A DNA stretch of 64,000 nt from Heterodontus francisci (taxonomy: Eukaryota): NCBI RefSeq assembly GCF_036365525.1, contig NC_090376.1, forward strand, positions 131,358,765 through 131,422,764, in the 5' to 3' direction. Below the pieces are notes generated by a model. The model saw only the letters and a program-made list of their open reading frames with translations, searched no databases and had not been told where the DNA came from. A program made the position numbers and the translations under genes. Positions 52,099-63,335 of this stretch are shown in pieces. Each line of letters opens with the position of its first letter. Position 1 is the stretch's first letter.

Positions 52099-52316
52099 AA
52101 AAGCAAAATACTGCGGATGCTGGAAATCTGAAATAAAAACAAGAAATGCTGGAATCACTCAGCAGGTCTGGCAGCATCTGTGGAAAGAGAAGCAGAGTTA
52201 ACGTTTCGGGTCAGTGACCCTTCTTCGGAACTGGTCCGAAGAAGGGTCACTGACCCGAAACGTTAACTCTGCTTCTTTTTCCACAGATGCTGCCAGACCT
52301 GCTGAGTGATTCCAGC
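52099..52316. mobile_element. Young fold-back Penelope-derived insertion (82-bp inverted repeat)
   Basis: Arms 52148-52229 and 52235-52316 differ at one position; 5-nt spacer; exact 10-bp TSD GGAATAAGAT (52089-52098 / 52317-52326). Confidence 0.9.
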
Positions 52317-52473
52317 GGAATAAGATGTTCTGTTAATTATTTTGAAAAGATGTCATTAGACGATAAAATTTATAATCTGAATATTCAAGTGTGAAAGATA
52401 AATTTCAAAATTCACATCATATAAAAACACACAAAGGATATCGAAACTGCAGACAGATTGCAATGCTCACTAC

Positions 52474-52550
52474 CTGAAAAACAAGGAGATAACATGGACC
52501 AGTTTCTTAGTAGCTTCTAAATCCAGTTCAACGCCAGCAGTTTGAAGTCT
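52474..52550 (-). CDS. COMMD6: COMMD6 exon 4
   Basis: cag|RLQTAGVELDLEATKKLVHVISLFF(R)|gtagtg; 77 nt, phase 0/2. Confidence 0.88.
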
Positions 52551-52684
52551 CTGTTACACAAGGTACAAAACAAAGCAATAAAGATATTTGAACAGGAGCA
52601 AAAATCCAGCATCAATGTAAAACAAAGCAATTAAAAGGCTCTAAACTGACATTGAAATTAAATTTCATAAATTCAACAACTTAC

Positions 52685-52750
52685 TTCAGCCAATTCAAGT
52701 GCATTCACACCAGGGGTTTTGCATTGTAGGTGTAACATGATCTGCTGGCA
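52685..52750 (-). CDS. COMMD6: COMMD6 exon 3
   Basis: tag|CQQIMLHLQCKTPGVNALELAE|gtaagt; 66 nt, phase 0/0. Confidence 0.88.
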
Positions 52751-53446
52751 CTATTGTGAATTTAACAAACATACAGACATAAGAAAAAACCCACAAATAC
52801 ATAAACTTACACAGACAAATGTAAAATTATTTGTTGTTATCCACGCTGTACTGAATATCATCAACTGATCAATAGATTCAAAAGTTAAACCTGCCCTTAT
52901 AATTAGTTTTGTTTAAAAAGGTGATTATAGCTATTCTTCCCTTCTAAAATTTAAATCTAATGTGTTTTCTCTTTCATTTAAATTTCTTCAATGACTCCAA
53001 TTGTTTTTTTTAAAACTGTTTAGTTGCTAGATTTGCAACCTCTTCCTAAAAATGTTTCCAACAAAAATGGGTGAAAATAAGTTGAAGAATGCCACTGTTT
53101 TGGAATTAACATTTTTCTCACCTTTGGCACATGGTACAGAAACTTAATTCAACACTTTATTTACATACATGTGCATGCTTCCATTGAAAGTAATTTCATT
53201 TTCATAGTGCATTTTAAACTATCATTCAGTAGTGAAACTTTGAACAAGCTTGGATACCAGGAATACATTCTGAAAGTCACTGCACAGCTTTTGTTGCTAC
53301 AGGTAGATTAAACTAGCTATCAACGTCAGTATTCTCTACCTACAAAGTAAAAATGTTATTACCAAACATTCCACCATCACAGTAAACCTCTTAACACTGC
53401 CTTCATGACATCGAATTGTCATTTTAGCCCCCAAATTCATACTCAC

Positions 53447-53505
53447 CACCTCTGCAAACAAATCTTGGGGCAATTTGCTAATGCTTTCAACAGTGTTGTC
53501 AAAAC
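53447..53505 (-). CDS. COMMD6: COMMD6 exon 2
   Basis: cag|(G)FDNTVESISKLPQDLFAEV|gtgagt; 59 nt, phase 1/0. Confidence 0.88.
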
Positions 53506-53811
53506 CTGTAATTAAAATGATAAACTTTTTGAGCATTGCACTCCTACAAAACGTGACCGGCATTAATAGCTGTCAATTCATTGTCTGATATGAAGCCCTA
53601 TTAGATTATACCTGACGTGCAAAAGCAAAAACGTACAGTCAACAAATATAAATGGACTTCCTTTCTCCAGTTAACACTCGCTTTGAACAGCTACAACCAG
53701 GCTACAAATCGACATGATCACGAGAATCAAATCAAGACGCATCCTCTGCACCACATACATCGCTATGCGGCGTTTGAACTGGGGGTCTGCATGCCCACAA
53801 TGAACACTCAC

Positions 53812-53851
53812 CAGCCCAGCCTGCAGCTTGCTGTACCTGGGAACCTGCCAT
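53812..53851 (-). CDS. COMMD6: COMMD6 exon 1 coding part
   Basis: GACATGG strong Kozak context, MAGSQVQQAAGWA(G)|gtgagt; 40 nt, phase 1. The seven exons sum to 615 nt = 204 aa + stop. Confidence 0.82.
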
Positions 53852-54348
53852 GTCCAACAGCAGCACTTCCGCCCCGCTCTACTGAAGTCACGCCCCCGCA
53901 ATGTCTCCGCGTTCCAAGTGAAAGTCACAACGTTCCATTGGACAACGTGGGATCCCCGGGCTGGCGGCATCTAGTGATTGGCTGCTCTCCTTTCAACCCT
54001 GCCCTCTGACCGCACGTACCATCATCATTTTCAAGGGAATTGAACATTTTATAAGAAGCCCTGGATTTCCCTTAATGAGAGAAAAAAATGCCATTTGATT
54101 ATTTTTTCCCTTTCGATGCATTGTTGCTGGATTCTTGTATGCATTGCTTAAATAGTGCACTGAGTTTAATTTCCGGCTAAATGTTTGTTTTCCCCCCCAC
54201 TTCCTTCCAAGTTGCAAGGATCGTCTTCGAAAAAGGTCGATTTTTTTTTCTCTGAACGGAAGCGTGGTTTGGGGGAAGAGGAGAAGCAGGCAGAGCAGAG
54301 CAGAGCAGAGCAGAGCAGAGCAAAGGCCTTATTAAACTGTATTAAATC
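53852..54348. promoter_or_regulatory. Bidirectional COMMD6/UCHL3 promoter with both 5' UTRs
   Basis: Divergent ATGs 498 bp apart; CpG-enriched; ETS motif GCGGAAGTG (53864-53872, minus) overlapping a GC box; CCAAT (ATTGG 53977-53981); CGGAAG at ~54257. Confidence 0.75.
54291..54320 (+). repeat. (CAGAG)6 microsatellite just upstream of the UCHL3 ATG
   Basis: Six perfect pentamers. Confidence 0.9.
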
Positions 54349-54390
54349 ATGGACTGTCAGCGCTGGTTACCACTGGAAGCCAATCCTGAT
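54349..54390 (+). CDS. UCHL3: UCHL3 exon 1 coding part: MDCQRWLPLEANPD
   Basis: Matches the UCHL3 N-terminus; 42 nt; donor gtatgc. Confidence 0.95.
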
Positions 54391-54511
54391 GTATGCATTT
54401 TGTCTAAAAGCTGGGCAGTCGAAATTTGCAATGTTTTAAATAAACGTTATAGATGGCATATGCTAGTTCTCCTTCATGGTAATTAATCTATTCTTTCTTT
54501 GATTTTTCTAG

Positions 54512-54523
54512 GTCATGAATCAG
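54512..54523 (+). CDS. UCHL3: UCHL3 exon 2, 12-nt microexon: VMNQ
   Basis: ttttctag|GTCATGAATCAG|gtgagt; fills the gap between exons 1 and 3 in frame. Confidence 0.93.
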
Positions 54524-57149
54524 GTGAGTTACTGGGACTGCAAAGGCTGGTAGTGATGCTGTTCGTCTCCTAGTCATCAGTTGTGGAGGACTTCCACTGG
54601 AAGCTTTTGTAAATTAGTTTTTTTTCCTTCAGTGCATAATGGTGGGATGGTTATTGTTGGTTTCAACAACTAGCAAAATGGGCGTCAGCTATTTTTTTAT
54701 AAAATGCTTTTTGATAAGTTTACGCTGCAGAGATTTCCACATAGCTCTGAATTTGAGTGGGACTTCCTTCTCGACAGCTGGCATTTTTATCATAGGAAGA
54801 CTTAAACCATTGGGGACAATGCTGATACCTTTCTTTCACTTCTGGCCTGCTGAAGTAGCAATGTTGCTTAGAAAGGAGTAATGTTACAATGTTTTCCAAC
54901 TCCGCAAATCTGTGCCATCATTCTATGGAATGGAATGTTTACTCTTCAGTTAAGCCCCTTATAATATTTGGTCAGACATCAGATTGTAGGGTACTGTTCT
55001 AATGGAAAATTTAACAAATCTTCATGGAAAAAGAGCTGTATGTCATTTCTGTTATGTGTACTATTCTAATATCATGTTCCATGGTGACTGATAACGCAAT
55101 TGAGAAGGTTTCACGACTTTCATGAAGATGTGTTTTAAAATGCACACATTCTAAATGATACAATGATTTCCTTGCATTAACATTGACCATTACCTTGGGA
55201 GATAGGTAGCAATAACCAACGGCAGCTCCAAGTGTTGCTCTTATGTATGTAATGTACCAGCATTGTCATTCGTGGATATTCACAACAGTAATGGTATATT
55301 GTTGTTTTGACCTAAAGGGCTATTTTGTGTCCTTGTCGTTAAGAAAGCAACAAAAGGATAATTCATCCTTGCCATTCACACGAAGGGTATCGGTGAATCT
55401 GCTGATTTTTTTTTTTCTTTAAGCCTCTCTAGTATCTACTTGCCTTCCCCAATACCAAATAGGGATGTTAACAGATGTCCTATAGCTGCTATCTTCTCAT
55501 TTTAGGGGTTTTCTATTTCTATTTGTGTTGTGGGGGTATCTGAGAATTGTAAAGTCCCTTTTAAAAAAAAAGGTTAAGTTTTAATTTTGGCTAATCAGAT
55601 GCAGGATAAATATCACCTAAAGTAGATTAAAATTTACGAATACAAAATCAGTTTTTGGGAGGTCAGGGATTAAATTCTTTTTTTTTTCTTGCATTCTCTG
55701 CAAATAATACTGAGGAGGTCAGTCAGACCTTCTGCAATTTGACTATTGTGCATATCTGCACGAAACACTTTGACAGTTAGAGATTTTCTCTGCAATACAA
55801 CTTGAAATGATTGGAGCTTTTTGTAGACATTGTTTTGAGATTTATTTTCTTTTGCCAATTTTCTTCTCTCCTAATGGTATTGACTCCTTCCTGAGTTGTG
55901 ATGCGTCAGTCAGCTCAGGTACCACATTCACATGATCAATAGTTGGATGTGAGTCTTGACAGTAATTGTTGGCAGACTATTTGCCGGGGAGGTGGCAGAA
56001 GTACAGCTTGTCTCCTGATCTCCACACACGTACTTCTACCAGGTGTTCGTGGATAATGATCAGGAGTGGAAATTTTATGGTCCCTCACCCAGAGATTTTG
56101 AAACCAATTGATCTGATCCTGTTACCTCCATTTGGTGAGATCAGCTAACCCCAGTGCAGGCCATAGTTCAAATCTGGGACTGTGTGGCTTAACTATTCAC
56201 TGGATAAGTTTGCTGAGCAATAGAAGGAAGCCACAAGAAGTTTCTGAGCAAATTTGTCTTGCATATCTTTGGTGAAAGCCAGTTTTAATCTCCCATCACA
56301 TTTTGTGGTTTCATTGTTTCTGTGCTGCAAGAAAAATTTATTTTTAAACATTTTTTAATTCTCTCAAAATTAATAACTTGACGAATGCTATGCACGTTTA
56401 ACACCTGATAATTACTCATCCCACAATGAGAATAACAACAGGCATTAACTACATTGAGTAAACTGGCAATCGACTCTTGGCAAAACTCTTGTCATGGAGT
56501 TTGAGGAGAGGGGAATCAAAATGAAATTGAGCTGCCCCTTGCACTATAGAAAATAATGCAAAAGAGAATTATTTTTAAATTTCATCTTGTTGTAATGACG
56601 AGCTTTTCTTCAGGCTTTATGGTGGTGTCTGAGCTCTGTTCTCCAATTAATTAATATTTTGAATGTATTTTATTTTTCTACCTTCCCAGAAAACTGCCTG
56701 CAGACCTCCCCTCACTTCCAAGTTATCCTAGCCATGCCTCTCACCCTCTCCACCTTATTTGCCATTGGTATCCTAACCATCTGTATCCTCTAATGTTGAG
56801 CTTGTTCCGATTTTCTGCGATGAGCTACTTCAGTAATCTGCCATGACAACCTGGCACTAAGTATTTTGCCAATTCAAAACATCTTTTATGAATGTTTTGG
56901 TATTCCAGTACAGACCTATTTTTTTCACATTCACCCGATATGTTTAGTTTTATATTTTATTACACTAAATCTACTGTGGTAATTGCACACGGGGAGTCCA
57001 GACGAAATATAGTCTTCAGGTGGGAATAATTCGACCAAGGCATGCAGCTATAATTAACTCCACATTTTAAAGTTATCCTATCTGTCCTTATTTTTATATT
57101 TAAATTCCTGTGTCCATGTTTACATAGGCAGTTTCCATTCTAAATATGT

Positions 57150-57975
57150 TACAATGTAATTACACCCTCCTGCCAGTGATGGCAGTGCAGTCAGTCAGAC
57201 TTCTTCCAGTCATGTTCGGTATATCTCAATGGTCCATGCTTGGATCCTTCCTATTCCTTATTGATATGGGCCCCATGCCAATATCACAGACTTGGGGTTC
57301 AGCTTCTGTACAAATATGCTGAAGAAATTGCTTTGTTACACAGTCTTAATTTTGTCATCATGGAATCCAGCTGTCTACCTGATATTGAAATCCTGAATGA
57401 GACAATATCTTGAGATGAATATTGGCAAGATCGAAAAGCATTCGCTCTTCAGCTGCTGTCTGTGTGAACCTGATGTTGTGCAGTCTTGGTGTTCTCCTTG
57501 ACCAGGAATGAGCTTCAAGCACTACATTCAACTTATAATCAAGATAGCTTACTTCCAATTGTGTAACGTCATTTGCTTTCCACCACTGAAATCCTCATGC
57601 ATCCTTTGCCACTTCAAGGCTTGAATGCTTTCTTTGCTTGTCTCTCTAGTTCTACCCAGCACAAACTATACTTCGTTTGGACCTCTGCAGGCCATATCCT
57701 ACCTTGCAAAAACTGCACACCCACCCATCACACCTGGCCTTGATGACTCTATCAACTGCCTATCCTAAAACACCTGGATATCTGTAACTCATCTTCAAGT
57801 CCTTCCATTGTTTTGCCTCATCTTCTTTCCTAAATCCTAGTGTTCTGCCTTTGCTCTTTAGACCCTGATTCATTGTGTGTAGTCTCTACCACTGCCTGGC
57901 CCACTCCCTCCTAATGGCGGCTGAGCCTTCACGCACCATACCATTGCATTCTTTAACTCTTTCCACCTTTCAAAA
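57150..57975 (+). mobile_element. Old L2 LINE fragment
   Basis: Degenerate RT-like sequence (LGSFLFLID, YAEE.., NIGKIESI) in the order expected for L2. Confidence 0.55.
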
Positions 57976-59689
57976 GCTTCGAAATTTCACAGACACATCT
58001 CCAAGCCACCTGAAGGCAAACTGAGCATTATTTGAGTGAGACAAGATTAGATATAAAGTGTTACCCGCTTCATTATACAGACAGCAACTGAACCTACAGA
58101 GCAACCGTTATATTATTTCACTCAGTCTCTCTTTGGTGCTCAAACATTGCGAGGAAAGTAATAAACCATGCAATCACTCCCTTACAGAGGCTAAATTAAT
58201 TCTTTTTGGTGTGTTGCCCTTCTTTCTAGCCAACTTCTAATTGCAATGACTGAGGGACTGTGTTTTTAGCTTTTTGCTCTGGACCAAAAATCCGACCAAA
58301 TCTTGGAGCATGGACGTTCCCCTTTTTGCTGGTTCTGACCCCAGAAATCAGTGGTGTGATGTCCCTCTCACTTTTTCCTCAGAGATTCGCCAGAAGGCCT
58401 TTCAATCAAACTGACTACCCCTCTTCCAAGAGTATATTCTCAGGAGACACTTCATGCTGTGCTTGCATGACTAGAATCGTCCTCGTGGCAATGGGTGTAA
58501 ATGTTTGTTGGCTATCTGAGATTGGTTGTGTTGATTTTGTCAGTACAATTCCCCGTGATATTGTCATAACCAGAGCAAAAGATTGTGGAATTTTAAGTGC
58601 AAATTGCATTCAGTACTGTTCAAGTTGCTGCATTTTATTTTTTGTACTAGTTTTTAAAACATTGCGCAAGATGCAGGCCCCGTCCACACCTCCAGGTAAA
58701 TTAATCACCATTGGTGATTCGTTAGTATTCCTTTGCAGAGGCTCTAAAGATTAAGTGGGATTTCATGGGTGCAAGGGCAGTAATAAATTTTCAAAGGATT
58801 TGAATGTTTTTTTTTAATTTATTAAGGAGCCCAATCTAACTAGAAAATAGTTTTGTGTATTTGTCATTTTCAATAATTTAAAAAAGCCTTACTGACAGGT
58901 GTCAGATTGACACTGCAATTTAAAATGCTTTTTTATGATAAACACATTTTTAGCTGTTTAATCAAACTTTACCAAGTTACCACTCTTAATTATATAAAGA
59001 ATTTATTTTTAAAGCAAAATTGCCCGATTCTGCTGGCTGGTGACAGATTTTGCGTTCTGCGTTCTGCAATATGCAAATGAGTTTGTGGAAACTCTGGTTG
59101 GGGGAACAGTTTTCAAGATGGGTGCAATTTCTGCTGCCATCACCAATTGTTCCCAAAGTGGAAACTCTACCCAAAGTGATTAGCAACACGGTAGAGATCT
59201 CTCTCGTGCCTGGCCCGCTAAAATCTGAAGCTCCCTTCTGTCTCAGTGCCGTAGCCTGCTGTTTTTTTCAACTGTTCTTTTAAAAGCACAGTTCTTAAAC
59301 CGTAACTCTATCCCGAATCCTTTCCGTGAAGGAAAACAAATACAACAAAAAAATCCCAATACTTGAAAATCATACTAAGAGCACAATGTTTTCCCAGCTA
59401 ATTGCAGTAAGGAATGGGAATTATAATTTGTAAACTATTCTCCTGAGTCCCAGGCCTTCCGCATGGACTGTAAAATCAGCACATTCCTGTAAATGTAGCA
59501 CATTTGGTCAAGGGATGTTTATGTTCTGTATATGGTGAACCATTGCCTTAGATGTTTTTTGCTCAGCAAATTCCTGACTCATGATGTGGTCTACAAAAAC
59601 AAATACAAGAAGGTTTATTCATCTATATGTTAACAGTGAATCCCATTGTATTTAAAATACTATTGAGTTACAGTTTGCTTTTTAGCTGT

Positions 59690-60048
59690 GGTTCTTGGGC
59701 AGCGCAGTGGTTAGCACCACAGCCTCACAGCTCCAGCGACCCGGGTTCAATTCTGGGTACTGCCTGTGTGGAGTTTGCAAGTTCTCCCTGTGTCTGCGTG
59801 GGTTTTCTCCGGGTGCTCCGGTTTCCTCCCACATGCCAAAGACTTGCAGGTTGATAGGTAAATTGGCCCTTATAAATTGCCCCTAGTATAGGTAGGTGGT
59901 AGGGAAATATAGGGACAGGTGGGGATGTGGTAGGAATATGGAATTAATGTAGGATTAGTATAAATGGGTGGTTGATGGTCGGCACAGACTCGGTGGGCCG
60001 AAGGGCCTGTTTCAGTGCTGTATCTCTAAATCTAAAAATCAAATCAAA
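59690..60048 (+). mobile_element. HE1-type V-SINE
   Basis: tRNA head (GCGCAGTGGTTAGC, GGTTCAATTC), V-domain GTGTGGAGTTTGCAAGTTCTCCCTGTGTCTGCGTGGGTTTTCTCCGGGTGCTCCGGTTTCCTCCCACA, CR1/HER1 tail. Confidence 0.88.
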
Positions 60049-61362
60049 GTGAGATACTGATGAGAATCACATTTACATTTTTAGAACCCATCTATATACT
60101 TAAAATATCTGATTCATTTCATCTCATTTTTATTTTTTATGCATTGAAAAAAATATTTATTTAACTTGAGTGCTATAAATCTCACTGGGGACCGTTCTGG
60201 TCTGGTCTGAGTTAAAATCAGTTGACTTCAACACAGAGCTTTCCACTAATTGTTTCATTAAACCTCAGTGTTGAATTTTTATTCAGAAGAAATAATTTGA
60301 AAAAAGACATACATTTAGATAAGTTGACAGTTTATTGGGACTTGTGATATGGTTGTGGATGGGGACTGCTCTTTGTGGGGGGAGCACAGAGGCTGATAGT
60401 TAAGTCGGGTCCTTCCTAAATAAGTTGTGATCTTGTAGGATTGGTTCGTTGCTTTTTGAAACATTATCTCCTTTCTACATTGAGCTCTTGCCTTTTTGTG
60501 ATCGTCTGAGTTTAGAGAAGAGGAGGAGTGGAGACAGTTGACTAGTTTTTTGACTAACCCCCACTTGTTATCTGTTAAGAGTTTGGAGAGCTTAGAATGA
60601 ATTCTGGGTTTTTAAAATAATTGCATTCGTATGAAAACCTCATCAAATTGGTTGAGACTAGGCTCAAAGCAACTGTATATTCCTTTTTAAACCTTGCCTT
60701 CCATTTCTGGATGTTCATGGCACTGATAGAGTGCCAGGAAATCCTCAACCCTATCATTAATTGTCCACCAGAGATTAGGATCTCAACAATTTTCAAAAAA
60801 ATCAACAAGGGGGGAATAAATACATAATTTTTAAAGGGATACCAATGATTTTATTACAAATTTAAAAATTGTGAAATGGAAGTCTTGACAGTAATGCCAT
60901 TAGCAGCACAAATGTTTTATTGTTTACAAATAGAATGGAACAGCTCTCCTGTCACACTAGGTGGCGATCTTAATCTATGGTAGCACAATGGCTTCGCAGG
61001 CTGGGTAGGTGGAGTACAGTCACGTCCACTTGGAATAACTGCAAAAGGAGATTTTAGCCATGGGCACAAGAACAAATGAGAAAATTTTTCTAAGAATAAG
61101 GCAGAGTTGCTTAAAGAAGTATTCCTTATCCTTAAACATCAATCTCAAAAGATAGTACCAGGAGTACTTCCTTTTAAACAATTTTGTCTAAGGCTTAAAA
61201 ATGAGGGGATGCTGGAAACCAAAGATAGGTAATGATTTGTTGTAGTAACTTAGCCTCAGAAATTAGGCTAAAAGTGGCAGGAGACTGATGGTGACATTTT
61301 AGAAAGGAAATGTCATTAATAGTGTTGCTGTCCTTTTCAGGTAAATGTCTAAGAATAATCAG

Positions 61363-61785
61363 GTGTCAGCCATGACTCAATTGGTAGCACTCTTGCCACT
61401 GAGTCCCAGTAGAGACTTGAGCACAAAATCTAGGCTGACGCTCAGATGCAGTACTGAGGGAGTGCTACACTGTCAGAGCTGCCCTTCGGACGAGACGTTA
61501 AACCAAGGCCCTCCCTTCACCCCCGTCTGTCCTCGTTTTGAAGAAGAGCACTGGTATTTTCCCCTGTGCCCAGCCAATATTGATCCCTCTATCAACATTA
61601 CAAAAACAGATGATTTGGTCGTTATCCCATTGAGATTTGTGGCATCTTGCTGTGTGCAAATTGGTTGCCATGTTTCCAATGTTACAACAGTAACTACATT
61701 TTAAAAGTACTTCAGTAGCTGTAAAGCACTTTGGCACGTCCTGTGGTCATGAAAGGTGCTATATAAATGCAAGTCTTTATTTTTG
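61363..61785 (+). mobile_element. Deu-domain SINE
   Basis: Same head, core and tail as 45642-46080, with internal deletions. Confidence 0.78.
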
Positions 61786-61963
61786 CTTGTTGGGGTGCTG
61801 GAGGTTGTCACTGGCGCAATTATAAGAGTTTTGTTTTCTAAAGCAGTTATGGGGCGTTTGGCTCATTCTATTCCATGTGGATTCAATGAATTTAATTTTA
61901 TGTATGATGAATGAGTAAAGAAGAGTTTACCTGTCGAATTGACTTGATACATTTTCCCATTAG

Positions 61964-62092
61964 TTCATGCAACAGTTGGGATTGAAGCCCACTTGGCAAT
62001 TTGGAGATGTCTTTGGAATGGATCCTGAGCTCCTCAGTTTGATACCGAGACCTGTCTGTTCAATTCTTCTACTCTTCCCAGTTACAGAAAAG
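61964..62092 (+). CDS. UCHL3: UCHL3 exon 3; the gene continues beyond the window
   Basis: tag|[43 protein letters not shown]|gtattt; 129 nt, phase 0/0. Confidence 0.96.
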
Positions 62093-62314
62093 GTATTTGT
62101 TTTTCTTTTAATATGACTGGTAACCTCTCTAACCAAAAGGTGCTGTAAATATGGGACTCAAGATGAGGTGCATCATGTGTTTATTATGTGTGTATTAGTA
62201 GGTAAGAGAATAGGTGGGAAAAATACAGACATGTAGGTATGTATGTATGTGTCTGCATTTTTCCCACTTATGCTCTTACCTACTGTTTTTTTGTTATGTA
62301 ATTATGGTATATTT

Positions 62315-63335
62315 TATACAACAACAAAAACTTATATTTATATAGTACCTTTAACATAATAAAATGTCCCAAGGTGCTTCATAGGAGAATTTTCAACAAA
62401 GTATGACACCGAGCAACCAAAGGAGATATTAGGTCAGATGACCAAAAGCTTGGTCAGGGAAGTAGGTTTTAATGAATGTCTTATAGGAGGAAAGCGAGGT
62501 GGAGAGGCAGAGGTGTAGGGAGGTTATTCCAAAGACTGGAGTCTAGGCAACTGAAGGTGCAGCCACCAATGATGGAGTGATAAAAATCAGGGATGGACAA
62601 GAGACCAGAATTAGAGGAGCAAAGATATCTTGGAGGATTGTGGGGCTGGAGGAGATTAGAGATAGGGAGGGACAAGGCCATGGAGGGATTTGAAAATGAG
62701 GATGAGAATTTTAATATCAAGGCATTGCTTGACCATGAGCCAATGTAGGTCAGTGAGCACAGGGGTGATATGGGAACGTGACTTGGTGTGAGTTAAGACA
62801 CTGGCAGCAGAGTTTTGACTGACCTCAAGTTTACAGAGGGTAGAATATGGGAGACCAGCCATGAGTGCATTGGAATAGTCCAGTCTAAAGGTAACGAAGG
62901 CATGAAAGAGGGTATCAGCTGCAGCTGAGCTGAGCAAATTCGGGTGATATTACAGAGGTGGAAATAAGCGGTCTTGGTGATGCATGGACATGAGGTCAGA
63001 AGCTCATCGCGGGGTCAGATGTGACACTAAGGTTGCAAGCAGACTGGCTTAATCTGACTGTTGGTAGGGAGAGGGATGGAGTCGATAACTAGGGAATGGA
63101 GTTTGGAGCAGGGACTGAAAACAATGGAGTCAGTCTTCCCAATATTTAATTGGAGGACATTTCTGCTCATCCAGTGCTGGATGTCGGATAAGCAGTCTGA
63201 TAATTTAGCAACAGTGAAGGAGTCAAGACTGTTGGTGAAGTAGAGCTGGGTGTCATCAGCATCCATGTGACGATTAAAGCTGTGCTTTCAGCTGCTCCGA
63301 GAGGCAGCATGGAGATGAGAAATATTGAAGTAATT
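62315..63335 (-). mobile_element. L2 LINE 3' fragment
   Basis: DADDTQLYF...LSDCLSDIQHWMSRNVLQLNIGKT and HAFVTFRLDYSNALMAGLP...HITPVLTDLHWL. Confidence 0.9.

Noticed and set aside
53755-53800. tRNA-like B-box (GTTCAAAC) on the minus strand in COMMD6 intron 1
   Set aside because: No cloverleaf or convincing A-box.
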